A stretch of 37,570 nucleotides of DNA from positions 1 through 37,570 of the forward strand of contig JANMTD010000458.1 of NCBI GenBank assembly GCA_031390075.1. Direction: 5' to 3'. Numbering within the stretch: position 1 is the stretch's first letter; every line of letters starts with the position of its first letter. Origin of the DNA: Deltaproteobacteria bacterium. Lineage in GTDB: Bacteria > Myxococcota_A > UBA9160 > UBA4427. A program made the translations under genes and the position numbers. The notes below the pieces were generated by a model. It was given only the letters and a program-made list of their open reading frames with translations, ran no database searches and had not been told where the DNA came from. Below are positions 26,620-35,201 of this stretch, piece by piece.

Positions 26620-28210
26620 CTACTCGACCGCCGCCGTCTTCCCCGGCATCTCCTTCGGCATCAGCCACGCGAGCGGGAGGAGCAGGATGAAGAGAACCGC
26701 CATGAACGCGAAGGCGTCGTAGAAGGCTTCCATCATGGCCTGCGAGGCGAGCATGCGGTCGAGGACGTGGCGCGCGGCGACCGCGGCCGCCTCCGGCTCG
26801 AGGCCGCGGTCCATCAGGCCGTCGACGAGCCGCTCGACGCCGGCCGCGGTCCCGGAATCGAAGGCGCTCAGGTGGCGGGCGAGCTCGGCCTCGTGGTAGT
26901 CGCTTCGCCGATCGAGGATCGAAGCCAGCGTCGCGATGCCGAAGCTGCCGCCGAGCTGGCGGAACAAATTGAAGAGCCCTGCCCCCTTCGCGACTTCGCT
27001 CGCCGGCAACGCGCGCAGCGTCGCCGCCGAGAGCGGGACGAAGAGCATGCCGCTCGCCATGCCGCGCAGGGCCTGGGCGATCAGCACGTCGTTCCAGCCC
27101 GACGCGAGGGTCAGGCGGCTCATGTAGGCCAGCGTGAAGAGCATCAGGATCATGCCCAGGATGAAGGGCTTGCGGGGGCCGATGGTCCAGACGAGGTTGC
27201 CGAGGATTCCCATCGTGAGGGCAGTCGTCAAGCTCGAGGGCAGCGACGAGAGACCCGACTGCCAGGCGGTCCAGCCGAGCAGCGTCTGGGTGTAGACGGG
27301 AAACAGGAAGATGATGCCGTAGAGGAAGAGGCCGCCGAGCGCCGTAAAGATGCAGCCGACGGCAAAATCACGGTGGCCGAGCACGCGGAAGTCGATGATC
27401 GGATCTTCGGTCGTGAGCTCGCGGACGAGCAGCGCCACGATCCCGGCGGCGGCGGCGAACGCGAGGAAGACGATCTGCGCGCTGTCGAACCAGTCCTTCT
27501 TGTTGCCCAGCTCGAGCATCGTCTGGAGGCTCCCGATGCCGATGACGAGAAATGCGATGCCCGGCCAATCGATCTTGCCCGCCGGATCGCGGACGAGGTG
27601 CGGGGGATCCTCGAGGTTCGTCGCGCACAACGTCGCCGCCAGCAGGCCGAGGGGCACGTTGATCAGGAAGCACCAGTGCCAGGAGTAGTTGTCGGTCAGC
27701 CAGCCGCCGAGGGTGGGCCCCAGGGCGGGCCCGATCATGGCGCCCACGCCGAAGATGGCCTGCCCGACCCCCTGCTTCGACGGCGGGAAGGACTCGACGA
27801 GGATCGCCTGGGCCGTCGCCATCAACGCCCCGCCGCCCAGACCCTGGACGACGCGCCAGAAGATCAGCGCTTCGACGGTCTGGGACGCGCCGCACATCGC
27901 CGAGGCGGCGGTGAAGATCAGGATCGAGGTCACGAAATAACGCTTGCGCCCGAAGCGCTTCGACATCCAGCCCGTCAGCGGCAGGACGATCACGATCGCC
28001 ACGATGTAGGACGTGACGACCCAGTCGATCTCGTCGAGAGTGGCGCCCAGATTGCCCATCATCGTGGGCACGGCGACGTTGATGATGCTCGTGTCGATGA
28101 TCTCGAGCAGCACCGCGAGCATCACCGAAAACACGATCACGAGCCGCCCTGAAGTCGAGGCGGTAGTCCGCCTCAGAAGTCAGCGAGTAGCTCGCCCCCT
28201 CACCGGACAT
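26620..28210 (-). CDS. DHA2 family MFS efflux permease (EmrB-like); likely +1 frameshift near 28148, otherwise GTG start at 28140
   Basis: LEIIDTSIINVA, WVVTSY, RVVQGLGGG, GPALGPTLGG.LTD, FLINVP and LFRQLGGSFG motifs. The ATG at 28210 overlaps the end of the adaptor gene but is out of frame by one base. Confidence 0.88.
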
Positions 28211-29315
28211 CGACGGTCACGACGGCGGACAGTCCGACGGCGAGCTCGGGAGCGGAATCCACCTGTTCGAGGGACCGCCGACCGTTCGCGTCTTCGACCT
28301 CGTCGAGCACGATCCGGACCGGAACCCGCTGCACGACCTTCGTGAAGTTCCCGACGGCGGGCTCCGGCGGAATCAGGGCGTACTTTGCACCGCTCGCCGG
28401 CGAGAAGGACTCGACGTGACCGTAGAAGACCCGATCGTCGAAGGCGTCGATCTCGACCGTCGCCGGGTTTCCCGGCCGCATGCGCCCGAGCTGAGTCTCC
28501 TTGAAGTTCGCCTCGACCCAGCGCCGTTCGACGCGGGTGAGGGCGATGAGTGACTCGCCGGCCTTCACGATGTCGCCGGGCTCGACGTTCTTGCGGCCGA
28601 CCACCGCGTCGAAGGGCGCCCGGAGCTCGGTCCGCGCGAGCGAGAGGTGCGCTTCCCGGAGCTCCGCCTCCGCCTGGCGCACGGGCGCGGCATTGCCGAG
28701 CACCCCGCGCTCCGCCTCGGCCCGGAGCGTCATGGCATTGACCTGCGCGAGTGCCGCATCGTGGGCCGCCCGTGCGGCATCGAGCTGTTGGTCGGAGGCG
28801 GCCCCGCGCGACGCCAGGGTTTCGGCCCGCTCGAGCTCTCGGCCGGTCCGCCATCTCTCGACGGTCGCGGCCTTGCCTTCGGCGTCGGCCGACGCGGCCG
28901 CCGCTTCGGCGGAGACCATCCTGTTCTGCGCGGCCGCGAGATTCGCCTCGGCACGGGCGACCCGGATCTCGGACTCCTCGCGGTCGAGACGGACCAACAC
29001 GTCCCCCGCCGCGACCCGCTGGTTCTCGGCGACCCGCACCTCGCGGACGCGCCCTTGGATCTCGGGAGCGAGATAGGCGAGGGTCCCGTCGACGAAGGCG
29101 TCGTCGGTCGACTCGAAGCCCCGGTTCGCGAGCCAGTAGGTGACGCCGATCGCAGCCATCGAGGCGATCACCAGGGCGCCAGCGACGCGGGCGAGTGCGG
29201 CACCGGCGCGCCGGCGATCCGAAGCCTCCGGGCAGCGCGGGGATGCGGTCCCGCTGACGCAGCGCGGGGCGCGGCGACTCCGGGCGGATCGGTCGAGATG
29301 AATGGGCCTGTCCAA
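28200..29315 (-). CDS. HlyD/EmrA-family membrane fusion (periplasmic adaptor) protein
   Basis: TM anchor then STDDAFV, ENQRV.AGD.LVRLD, LRAPFD, WVEANFKETQ and GNFTKVVQRVPVRI. The start codon is uncertain; TTG 29315 was chosen. Confidence 0.88.
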   Translation of the reverse strand: MDRPIHLDRSARSRRAPRCVSGTASPRCPEASDRRRAGAALARVAGALVIASMAAIGVTYWLANRGFESTDDAFVDGTLAYLAPEIQGRVREVRVAENQRVAAGDVLVRLDREESEIRVARAEANLAAAQNRMVSAEAAAASADAEGKAATVERWRTGRELERAETLASRGAASDQQLDAARAAHDAALAQVNAMTLRAEAERGVLGNAAPVRQAEAELREAHLSLARTELRAPFDAVVGRKNVEPGDIVKAGESLIALTRVERRWVEANFKETQLGRMRPGNPATVEIDAFDDRVFYGHVESFSPASGAKYALIPPEPAVGNFTKVVQRVPVRIVLDEVEDANGRRSLEQVDSAPELAVGLSAVVTVDVR

Positions 29316-29384
29316 GATGCGGGCACGATAGGTCGACCACGCGGGTGGATCGAGCCCGTCCGAGCGTGTGGACCCTCGGCTAAA

Positions 29385-29401
29385 TCGAGAATTCTTCTCG
29401 A
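29385..29401. promoter_or_regulatory. Fur/PerR-type operator palindrome TCGAGAA-TTC-TTCTCGA
   Basis: Perfect 7-3-7 inverted repeat resembling GAGAATnATTCTC Fur boxes, about 45 nt upstream of the Fur-family gene. Confidence 0.6.
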
Positions 29402-29444
29402 ATTCCCTTGAAGGGTCAGCTTCCCGGGACCTACTGTTGCGGCC

Positions 29445-29781
29445 GTGGATACCACCCCCCCGGTCTCCGACAGGCCGCGCCGCCATCATTCGTTCCAACG
29501 CGAAAGGCTCCTCGCCTACCTGCGCGCGACTCGATGCCACCCGACCGCCGCCCAGATCCACGCTGCGCTCCTGCCCCGCATCCCCACCCTCGCGCTGGCC
29601 ACCGTCTACCGGAATCTCGAGGTGCTCGTGGCCGATGGACTCGCCGCCGAGGTGCCTTCCGCTTCTGGCGCCCTGCGCTTCGACCCGGCGCGTCCAGATC
29701 TCCTTCGTAGGGCGCTGTCCGCCGTGCATGGACAAACAGCCCTTTCGCATTCCGCAATCACACACCGTCAAGGAGAAATGA
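29445..29781 (+). pseudogene. Fur-family (PerR-like) regulator with an internal deletion and frameshift
   Basis: Frame 1 gives QRE.LL..L....HPTA, LALATVYRNL and RFD. Immediately after, another frame gives RVQISFVGRCPPC...stop 29781. The HxH/CxxC middle segment is missing. Confidence 0.85.
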
Positions 29782-29785
29782 TCGA

Positions 29786-30259
29786 ATGGCAATCAAGGAA
29801 GGCGACAAGATCCCGAACGTGAAGGTCAAGGCGACCGACATGACCGACATCACGACCGACACCCTGTTCTCGGGCAAGAAGGTCGTGCTGTTCGCGGTCC
29901 CCGGCGCATTCACGCCGACCTGCTCCAACAAGCATCTGCCGGGCTTCATCGAGAAGGCCGACGAGATCCGCAAGAAGGGCGTCGACGACATCATCTGCAT
30001 GTCGGTGAACGACGCGTTCGTCATGAAGGCCTGGGGCGAGGCGCGCGGTGCGGGCGACAAGGTTCGCCTGATCGCCGACGGCAACGGCGACCTGACGAAG
30101 GCGCTGGGACTCGACTTCGACGGCTCGGGCATCGGCTTCGGCCTGCGCTCCCAGCGCTTCGCGGCGATCGTGCAGGACGGCGTCGTGAAGAAGCTCGCCG
30201 TCGATGCGGGCGGGAAGTTCGAGGTCTCGAGCGCCGAGGCGATCCTCGCGGCGCTCTGA
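29786..30259 (+). CDS. Peroxiredoxin, Prx5/Redoxin family
   Basis: VPGAFTPTCS..HLPGF, SVND.FVM.AW, ADGNG and RSQRFA motifs. RBS AGGAG. Confidence 0.96.
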   Translation: MAIKEGDKIPNVKVKATDMTDITTDTLFSGKKVVLFAVPGAFTPTCSNKHLPGFIEKADEIRKKGVDDIICMSVNDAFVMKAWGEARGAGDKVRLIADGNGDLTKALGLDFDGSGIGFGLRSQRFAAIVQDGVVKKLAVDAGGKFEVSSAEAILAAL

Positions 30260-30286
30260 CGCGGACGGATCGACAGGCTGACCGCG

Positions 30287-30455
30287 GCACAAGCCGCGAC
30301 CGGCGCGGCACTCGGGCCGCGAATGGCTCGCCCGTTCTGCGGGCGCAGTCGCGTTTCGCGCAATGCAGCCGCGCCGGTCGCTGCGCTGGCACGATCTGCG
30401 GCTGCGCTTGACTTCGCGGCCCGAGCACCGCACCGATCGCTCGCGTGGGCGCAGA
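30287..30455 (+). repeat. Structured repeated intergenic element, copy 2 (169 nt)
   Basis: GCACAAGCCGCG...GCGAATGGCTCGCCC-N65-CGGCTGCGCTTGACTTCGC..., with stem arms at 30299-30323 / 30413-30437. Confidence 0.9.
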
Positions 30456-30531
30456 ATACGGCTCGACCCGCCCGAGTCGCTTGGTTGGGTGTTCGCACCG
30501 ACGTACTGAATTCAAACGAATCGAGTCCCGT

Positions 30532-30701
30532 TCAGCGCATGCGCGAGCGGCCGGCGCGGCACAGGGGAGGCGAAATCAAGCGCAGCCGGAGGTCGACTCG
30601 GCGGAGCGTACCGTCGCGACCGCAGCCGCCGAGCCGACGAGAAGCCCGTACCAGGGGCGAGCCATTCGCGTCCCCTGTGTCGCGCCGTCCGCGACTTGTG
30701 C
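30532..30701 (-). repeat. Structured repeated intergenic element, copy 3 (170 nt, inverted relative to copy 2)
   Basis: Minus strand GCACAAGTCGCG...GCGAATGGCTCGCCC-N66-CGGCTGCGCTTGATTTCGC..., with stem arms at 30665-30689 / 30550-30574. Confidence 0.9.
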
Positions 30702-30716
30702 GCCCGAGTGGGTCGT

Positions 30717-32342
30717 TCAGGTCGTTCGCATGCCGGGAGCTTCGTGGCCGCTGGCGACGACGTACTCGGAGTAGCTTCCGGGATAGACGTGGGGGCCCTC
30801 GGGACCGAGCTCGAGCACGCGATTCGTCAGCTTCGACAGGAAGTGGCGATCGTGGGAGACGAGCAGCAGCGTGCCCTCGTAGCCTGCGAGCGCGGTGATC
30901 AGCATCTGCTTCGTCGCGAGATCGAGATGGTTCGTCGGCTCATCGAGCACGAGGAAATTCGGCGGGTCGTAGAGCATGCGCGCCATCACGAGGCGGACCT
31001 TCTCGCCTCCGGACAGCAGCCCACACCGCTTCTCGATCTCGTCCCCCGTAAATCCGAAGCTGGCCGCCAGCGATCGAATGACGCCCAGACTCGCCTGGGG
31101 AAACGCATTCTCGAGGGTCCTCGAGACGGTCTCATTGCCGGTGAGCAGATCCATCGAGTGCTGCGCGAAATAGCCGAGCTTGACGCCCGCGCCGATCGTC
31201 ACGACCCCCGCGTCCGGCGCATTCGCCCCAGCGGCGATCTTCAGCAGCGTCGACTTCCCCGCGCCGTTCGCCCCCATGACGCACCAGCGCTCGCCACGTC
31301 GGATCAGCAGGTCGAAGCCGTCGAAGAGTACGCGCTCGCCGTAGGCCTTCTCGATCCCGGCGAGCCGCAGCACGTCGTCGCCCGAACGCGGGGGGGGACG
31401 GAAATCGAACTCGAGGGTCTGGGCGCGCTTCGGCGGCTCGACCTTCTCGATCTTGTCGATCTTCTTGATGCGCGACTGGACCTGGGAGGCATGGCTCGCC
31501 CGGGCCTTGAAGCGCGCGATGAAGGCTTCTTCCTTCGCGAGCATCGCCTGCTGGCGGGCGTACTGGGCCTCCTGCTCGCGCGAAGCCAGGGCGCGCTGGC
31601 GCTCGTAGAAATCGTAGTCGCCCGAATAGCTCGTCAGCTCGCCGCCATCGATGGCGACGATTTTCGTCACGATGCGGTTCATGAATTCGCGGTCGTGGGT
31701 CGTGAGGACGAGGGCCCCGTCGAAATCGCGCAGCCAGGTCTCGAGCCAGAGGATCGATTCGAGATCGAGGTGGTTCGTCGGCTCGTCGAGCAGGAGCGCA
31801 TCCGGCCGCATCACGAGGATCCGAGCGAGCCCGACCCGCGTCTTCCAGCCCCCCGAGAGCAGCCCGACATCGCCGGCGACCTGCTCAGCGCTGAATCCGA
31901 GACCGGCGAGGACCTCGTGGGCCCGGGCCTCGAGGCCGTAGCCGCCGAGGGACTCGAAGAGCACCTGGGCCTCGCCGTATCGCTCGACGAGCTTGTCGAG
32001 CTCGTCGGCACGCTCGGGATCGGCGAGTGCCAGCTCGAGCTCGTGGAGCTTGTGCGCCGCGTCGGAGACGGCGCCCGCCCCCGCGATCGTCGCCTCGAGG
32101 ACGGACTGGCCCTTCATCTCGCCGATGGTCTGGCTGAAGTAGCCGAGGCTGATGCCGCGATCGATCGCGATGCGCCCGTCGTCGGGCTCCTCCTCGCGCA
32201 TCAACAGCCGGAAGAGCGTCGACTTCCCCGCCCCGTTCGGCCCGACGAGTCCGACCTTCTCGCCGCGCTGAACCGCAGCCGAGGTCTCGAGGAAGAGGAT
32301 CTGGCCCCCGTGGCGCTTCGAGATCGAATCGAGCTGCAGCAC
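30717..32342 (-). CDS. ABC-F family ATP-binding protein
   Basis: Two NBDs (GPNGAGKS, LSGGW, LLDEPTNHLD; GANGAGKS, LSGGEK, LDEPTNHLD), an interdomain linker and no TM segments. Confidence 0.96.
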   Translation of the reverse strand: MLQLDSISKRHGGQILFLETSAAVQRGEKVGLVGPNGAGKSTLFRLLMREEEPDDGRIAIDRGISLGYFSQTIGEMKGQSVLEATIAGAGAVSDAAHKLHELELALADPERADELDKLVERYGEAQVLFESLGGYGLEARAHEVLAGLGFSAEQVAGDVGLLSGGWKTRVGLARILVMRPDALLLDEPTNHLDLESILWLETWLRDFDGALVLTTHDREFMNRIVTKIVAIDGGELTSYSGDYDFYERQRALASREQEAQYARQQAMLAKEEAFIARFKARASHASQVQSRIKKIDKIEKVEPPKRAQTLEFDFRPPPRSGDDVLRLAGIEKAYGERVLFDGFDLLIRRGERWCVMGANGAGKSTLLKIAAGANAPDAGVVTIGAGVKLGYFAQHSMDLLTGNETVSRTLENAFPQASLGVIRSLAASFGFTGDEIEKRCGLLSGGEKVRLVMARMLYDPPNFLVLDEPTNHLDLATKQMLITALAGYEGTLLLVSHDRHFLSKLTNRVLELGPEGPHVYPGSYSEYVVASGHEAPGMRTT

Positions 32343-32353
32343 CGCTTCGCTTC

Positions 32354-34024
32354 CTACTTCGTGCCCTGGCGGGCGGCGCGCTTCGACTCGCGGGCACGGC
32401 GGAGGACTTCCTGGGCGTCGAGGTGGTCCTCACCGGCACGCGCCAGATATTCGTCGTAGCTCCCCGGGTAGTCGCGCACGCCCTCGGGCGTGATCTCGAT
32501 GACCCGCGTCGCCAGCTCGTTCACGAACCAGCGATCGTGGGAGACGAAGACGACGGTGCCGTCGAATTCGCGGACGGCGGCGACGAGCGCCTCGATCGCC
32601 TCGAGGTCGAGGTGATTCGTCGGCTCGTCGAGGATCAGGACGTTCGGCTTCGCCACCGCCTGGCGCGCGAAGAGCAGCCGCGCCGCTTCGCCGCCCGAGA
32701 GCGCACCGAGCTTCTTCTTGCCCTCGTCGCCGGAGAAGAGCACGGCCGCCAGCTGGCTCTTCACGAATCCGATCGGCTGCCCCGGGCAGTAGCCGCCGAG
32801 CCAGTCTTCGAGGTTCTGGCGCTCGGCCCCCGCCTCGGCCACGAGCTGCGATTTGTGATCCTGGGCGACATAGCCCGGATGCGTCTCGTAGCCCCACTCG
32901 AGGCGGCCCGAATCGGGCTTCTTCTCGCCGACCATGACCTCGAGCAGCGTCGACTTGCCGATCCCGTTCGGCCCGATGATCGCCACGCGATCGCCGCGCT
33001 GGATCACGAGGTCGACATCCTCGAGCACCCTCTTCTCGCCGTAGCTCTTCGAGATCCCCGCGAGCTCGACCACCTGGCGCCCACTCGGACGCCGCTGCTG
33101 GAAGCGGAAGCGCGGATAGCGCCGCGAGCTCTCGGGCAGCCGTTCGATCTCGATCCGATCGATCATCTTGAGCTTGCTCTGGGCCTGACGAGCCTTCGTC
33201 GCTTTCGATCGGAAGCGTTCGATGAAAGCCTTGTGCTCGGCGATCACGGCCTCCTGCTTCTCGATCTCGGATTCCTTGCGCTCGCGCTCGTCGCGCTTCG
33301 CCTGCACGAAGTCGGCGTAGTTGCCCGGGTAGGCCTTGATGGCGCCGTAGTCGACGTCGACGATCGTCGTCGCGACGGTGTCGAGGAAACGGTGGTCGTG
33401 GGAGATCAGGAGTGCCACGCCCTTGTAGCCCTGCAGGAACTCCTCGAGCCAGCGGATCGAGAGGATGTCGAGGTGGTTCGTCGGCTCGTCGAGGAGCAGC
33501 ACGTCGGGCTCCGCGGCGAGCACCTGCGCGAGCAGCACGCGGAGCTTGAAGCCGCCCGAGAGGGTCGAGAGCGGCTGCGTGTGGTGAAGGGTCGCGATGC
33601 CGAGCCCTTCGAGGATCTCGCCGGCGCGCGCCTCGAGGCCGTAGCCGTCGCCCTGGAGAATCACGTCCTCGACCGCGGCATAGCGCTCGCCATCGAAATG
33701 GTCCGAGGCCCGGGCGAGGATCTTCTCCTTCTCTTCCATCGCTGCCCAGACGACTTCATTGCCCATCATCACGACGTCGAGGATGCGCTCGTCCTCGTAC
33801 TGGAAATGATCCTGCTCGAGGACGCCGACGACGGCTCGCTTCGGGATCGAGACCTCGCCGTCGGAGGCCGAGTCCTGACCCGCGAGGATCTTCAGGAAGG
33901 TGGATTTCCCCGAGCCGTTGGCGCCCACGATGCCGTAGCGCTCGCCGCGATTGAATTGCAGAGAGGCCCCGGCGAAGAGTGTCCGGCCACCGAAGGATTT
34001 CGAGAGGTTCGAGAGGGAGATCAT
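32354..34024 (-). CDS. ABC-F family ATP-binding protein (YbiT-like)
   Basis: GANGSGKST, LEQDHFQYED..I.DVVMMGN, LSGGFKLRVLLAQ, GPNGIGKS and DEPTNHLD twice. Confidence 0.96.
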   Translation of the reverse strand: MISLSNLSKSFGGRTLFAGASLQFNRGERYGIVGANGSGKSTFLKILAGQDSASDGEVSIPKRAVVGVLEQDHFQYEDERILDVVMMGNEVVWAAMEEKEKILARASDHFDGERYAAVEDVILQGDGYGLEARAGEILEGLGIATLHHTQPLSTLSGGFKLRVLLAQVLAAEPDVLLLDEPTNHLDILSIRWLEEFLQGYKGVALLISHDHRFLDTVATTIVDVDYGAIKAYPGNYADFVQAKRDERERKESEIEKQEAVIAEHKAFIERFRSKATKARQAQSKLKMIDRIEIERLPESSRRYPRFRFQQRRPSGRQVVELAGISKSYGEKRVLEDVDLVIQRGDRVAIIGPNGIGKSTLLEVMVGEKKPDSGRLEWGYETHPGYVAQDHKSQLVAEAGAERQNLEDWLGGYCPGQPIGFVKSQLAAVLFSGDEGKKKLGALSGGEAARLLFARQAVAKPNVLILDEPTNHLDLEAIEALVAAVREFDGTVVFVSHDRWFVNELATRVIEITPEGVRDYPGSYDEYLARAGEDHLDAQEVLRRARESKRAARQGTK

Positions 34025-34115
34025 GGAACGAGCGGTCCTGTCCGGGGCTTCCTGCCGGGAGTCCGGCGGGCGCCTACCTTAGCGGAGAACGCCCGCAAGA
34101 GAATCGGAGGGACCC

Positions 34116-34550
34116 ATGCAGAACTTTCCCCATCAATACGCGGTCTCGGCCCGAGCCGCGGCAGAGGGCGAAGTCACGCTCGAGAGCCCGGGCCTGGCTG
34201 CCCTGGCCAGTGCCCCGCCGGCGGAGTTCGGTGGCCCCGGCAACCGCTGGTCCCCGGAGACGCTGCTGGTCGGCGCAGTCGCCGATTGCTTCGTTCTTTC
34301 GCTGCGAGCCGTGGCCAAGGCCTCGGCGCTCCCCTGGTCGGGGATCTCCTGTCGGGCCGAGGGCAAGCTCGACCGCGTCGAGCGCACGACGCGATTCACC
34401 GAGGTCGTCCTGCACGTCGAGCTGACGGTCCCTGCGGATGCGGACCTCGCCAAGGCCGAACGCGTGCTCGAAAAGGCGAAGACGGCCTGTCTGATCTCGA
34501 GCTCACTGGCCTGCCCGGTGATCCTCGAGAAGAGCGTGCGACAGGCCTGA
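34116..34550 (+). CDS. OsmC/Ohr-family protein
   Basis: FPHQY.V, APP.EFGGPG..WSPE.LL..A.A.C and A...CLIS.SL motifs. RBS GGAGG. Confidence 0.92.
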   Translation: MQNFPHQYAVSARAAAEGEVTLESPGLAALASAPPAEFGGPGNRWSPETLLVGAVADCFVLSLRAVAKASALPWSGISCRAEGKLDRVERTTRFTEVVLHVELTVPADADLAKAERVLEKAKTACLISSSLACPVILEKSVRQA

Positions 34551-34554
34551 GCCA

Positions 34555-34587
34555 TCAGCCTGAAGAGAGCCCTCAGCCTGAAGAGAG
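34555..34587. repeat. 15-bp direct repeat TCAGCCTGAAGAGAG (period 18) just after the OsmC stop
   Basis: Identical copies at 34555-34569 and 34573-34587. Confidence 0.85.
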
Positions 34588-34612
34588 ACCCGACCGGAGC
34601 GGCGGCCCGTAT

Positions 34613-35110
34613 TCAGTCCCGGTGCCACGCCGCGCGGGCGAGGGACGATTTGTCGGCGGTCGTCCTCGGGAGCACGAGTTCGCCGTCCCAGGCGCTCGCG
34701 AGGGCGTGCCCGAGCTGGCTCAACAGCTTTGCATCGGTCACCCGGACGACGAGGGCCTGGCCATCCTCGCGGATCGACATGATGCGCTTCAGCGGGTGCT
34801 CGTCTCGCTCGCGCGTCTCGACGTTGCGAAGGCAGCCCTCGATCTCGTCGCGGTGGGCGGCCGCAAACCTGCCCTCGATCCGAAGCTCCCCCGCCGCGTC
34901 GTCGGCGGCGATGCGCTTGCAGGCGGGACACTCGAGCGCGTAGGAGCCGATCGGCGGCGACTCCCAGGTCCAGCGGCCGTTGCGATAGCTCGCCCGACAG
35001 CCGGGACAGGCCGCGAACTCCGGCAGCTTGCCGGCCGGCTCGTCATGGATACGGCGGGCGCCACGGGGCGTGCTCGCGGCGGGATGGGTCGGCTCTCGGT
35101 GACGGCGCAT
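34613..35110 (-). CDS. BCAM0308-like CxxC zinc-ribbon protein
   Basis: CPGC.A.Y..GRW.W, CPAC.RI.....AG.L, E..EHPL.RIM and L...LG.AL..AW.G.L patterns. Confidence 0.78.
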   Translation of the reverse strand: MRRHREPTHPAASTPRGARRIHDEPAGKLPEFAACPGCRASYRNGRWTWESPPIGSYALECPACKRIAADDAAGELRIEGRFAAAHRDEIEGCLRNVETRERDEHPLKRIMSIREDGQALVVRVTDAKLLSQLGHALASAWDGELVLPRTTADKSSLARAAWHRD

Positions 35111-35185
35111 GCTGAACCCCCTGTTCTCGAATCCGGCCGCAAGACGAGCTCGAATCGATCTCGCCCCTTCTCGCAGCTGGGAATG

Positions 35186-35201
35186 AGCAAGCCCTGTGCC
35201 G
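35186..35201 (-). promoter_or_regulatory. Sigma54 (-24/-12) promoter candidate
   Basis: Minus strand CGGCAC-AGGGC-TTGCT matches GGCAC-N5-TTGC, about 75 nt upstream of the BCAM0308-like start. Confidence 0.55.

Noticed and set aside
29316-29792. Long N-terminal extension of the HlyD ORF
   Set aside because: It overlaps the Fur-family gene and operator on the other strand and has no adaptor-like features.
6730-30701. The 170-nt element as a CRISPR repeat-spacer unit or an integron attC site
   Set aside because: The copies are dispersed or inverted rather than arrayed, no cas or integrase gene is present, and the ends do not match RYYYAAC/GTTRRRY.
30717-34024. Antibiotic-resistance (ARE) ABC-F call
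   Set aside because: It cannot be supported by eye. The sequences look like housekeeping-type ABC-F proteins and I saw no leader-peptide attenuator.
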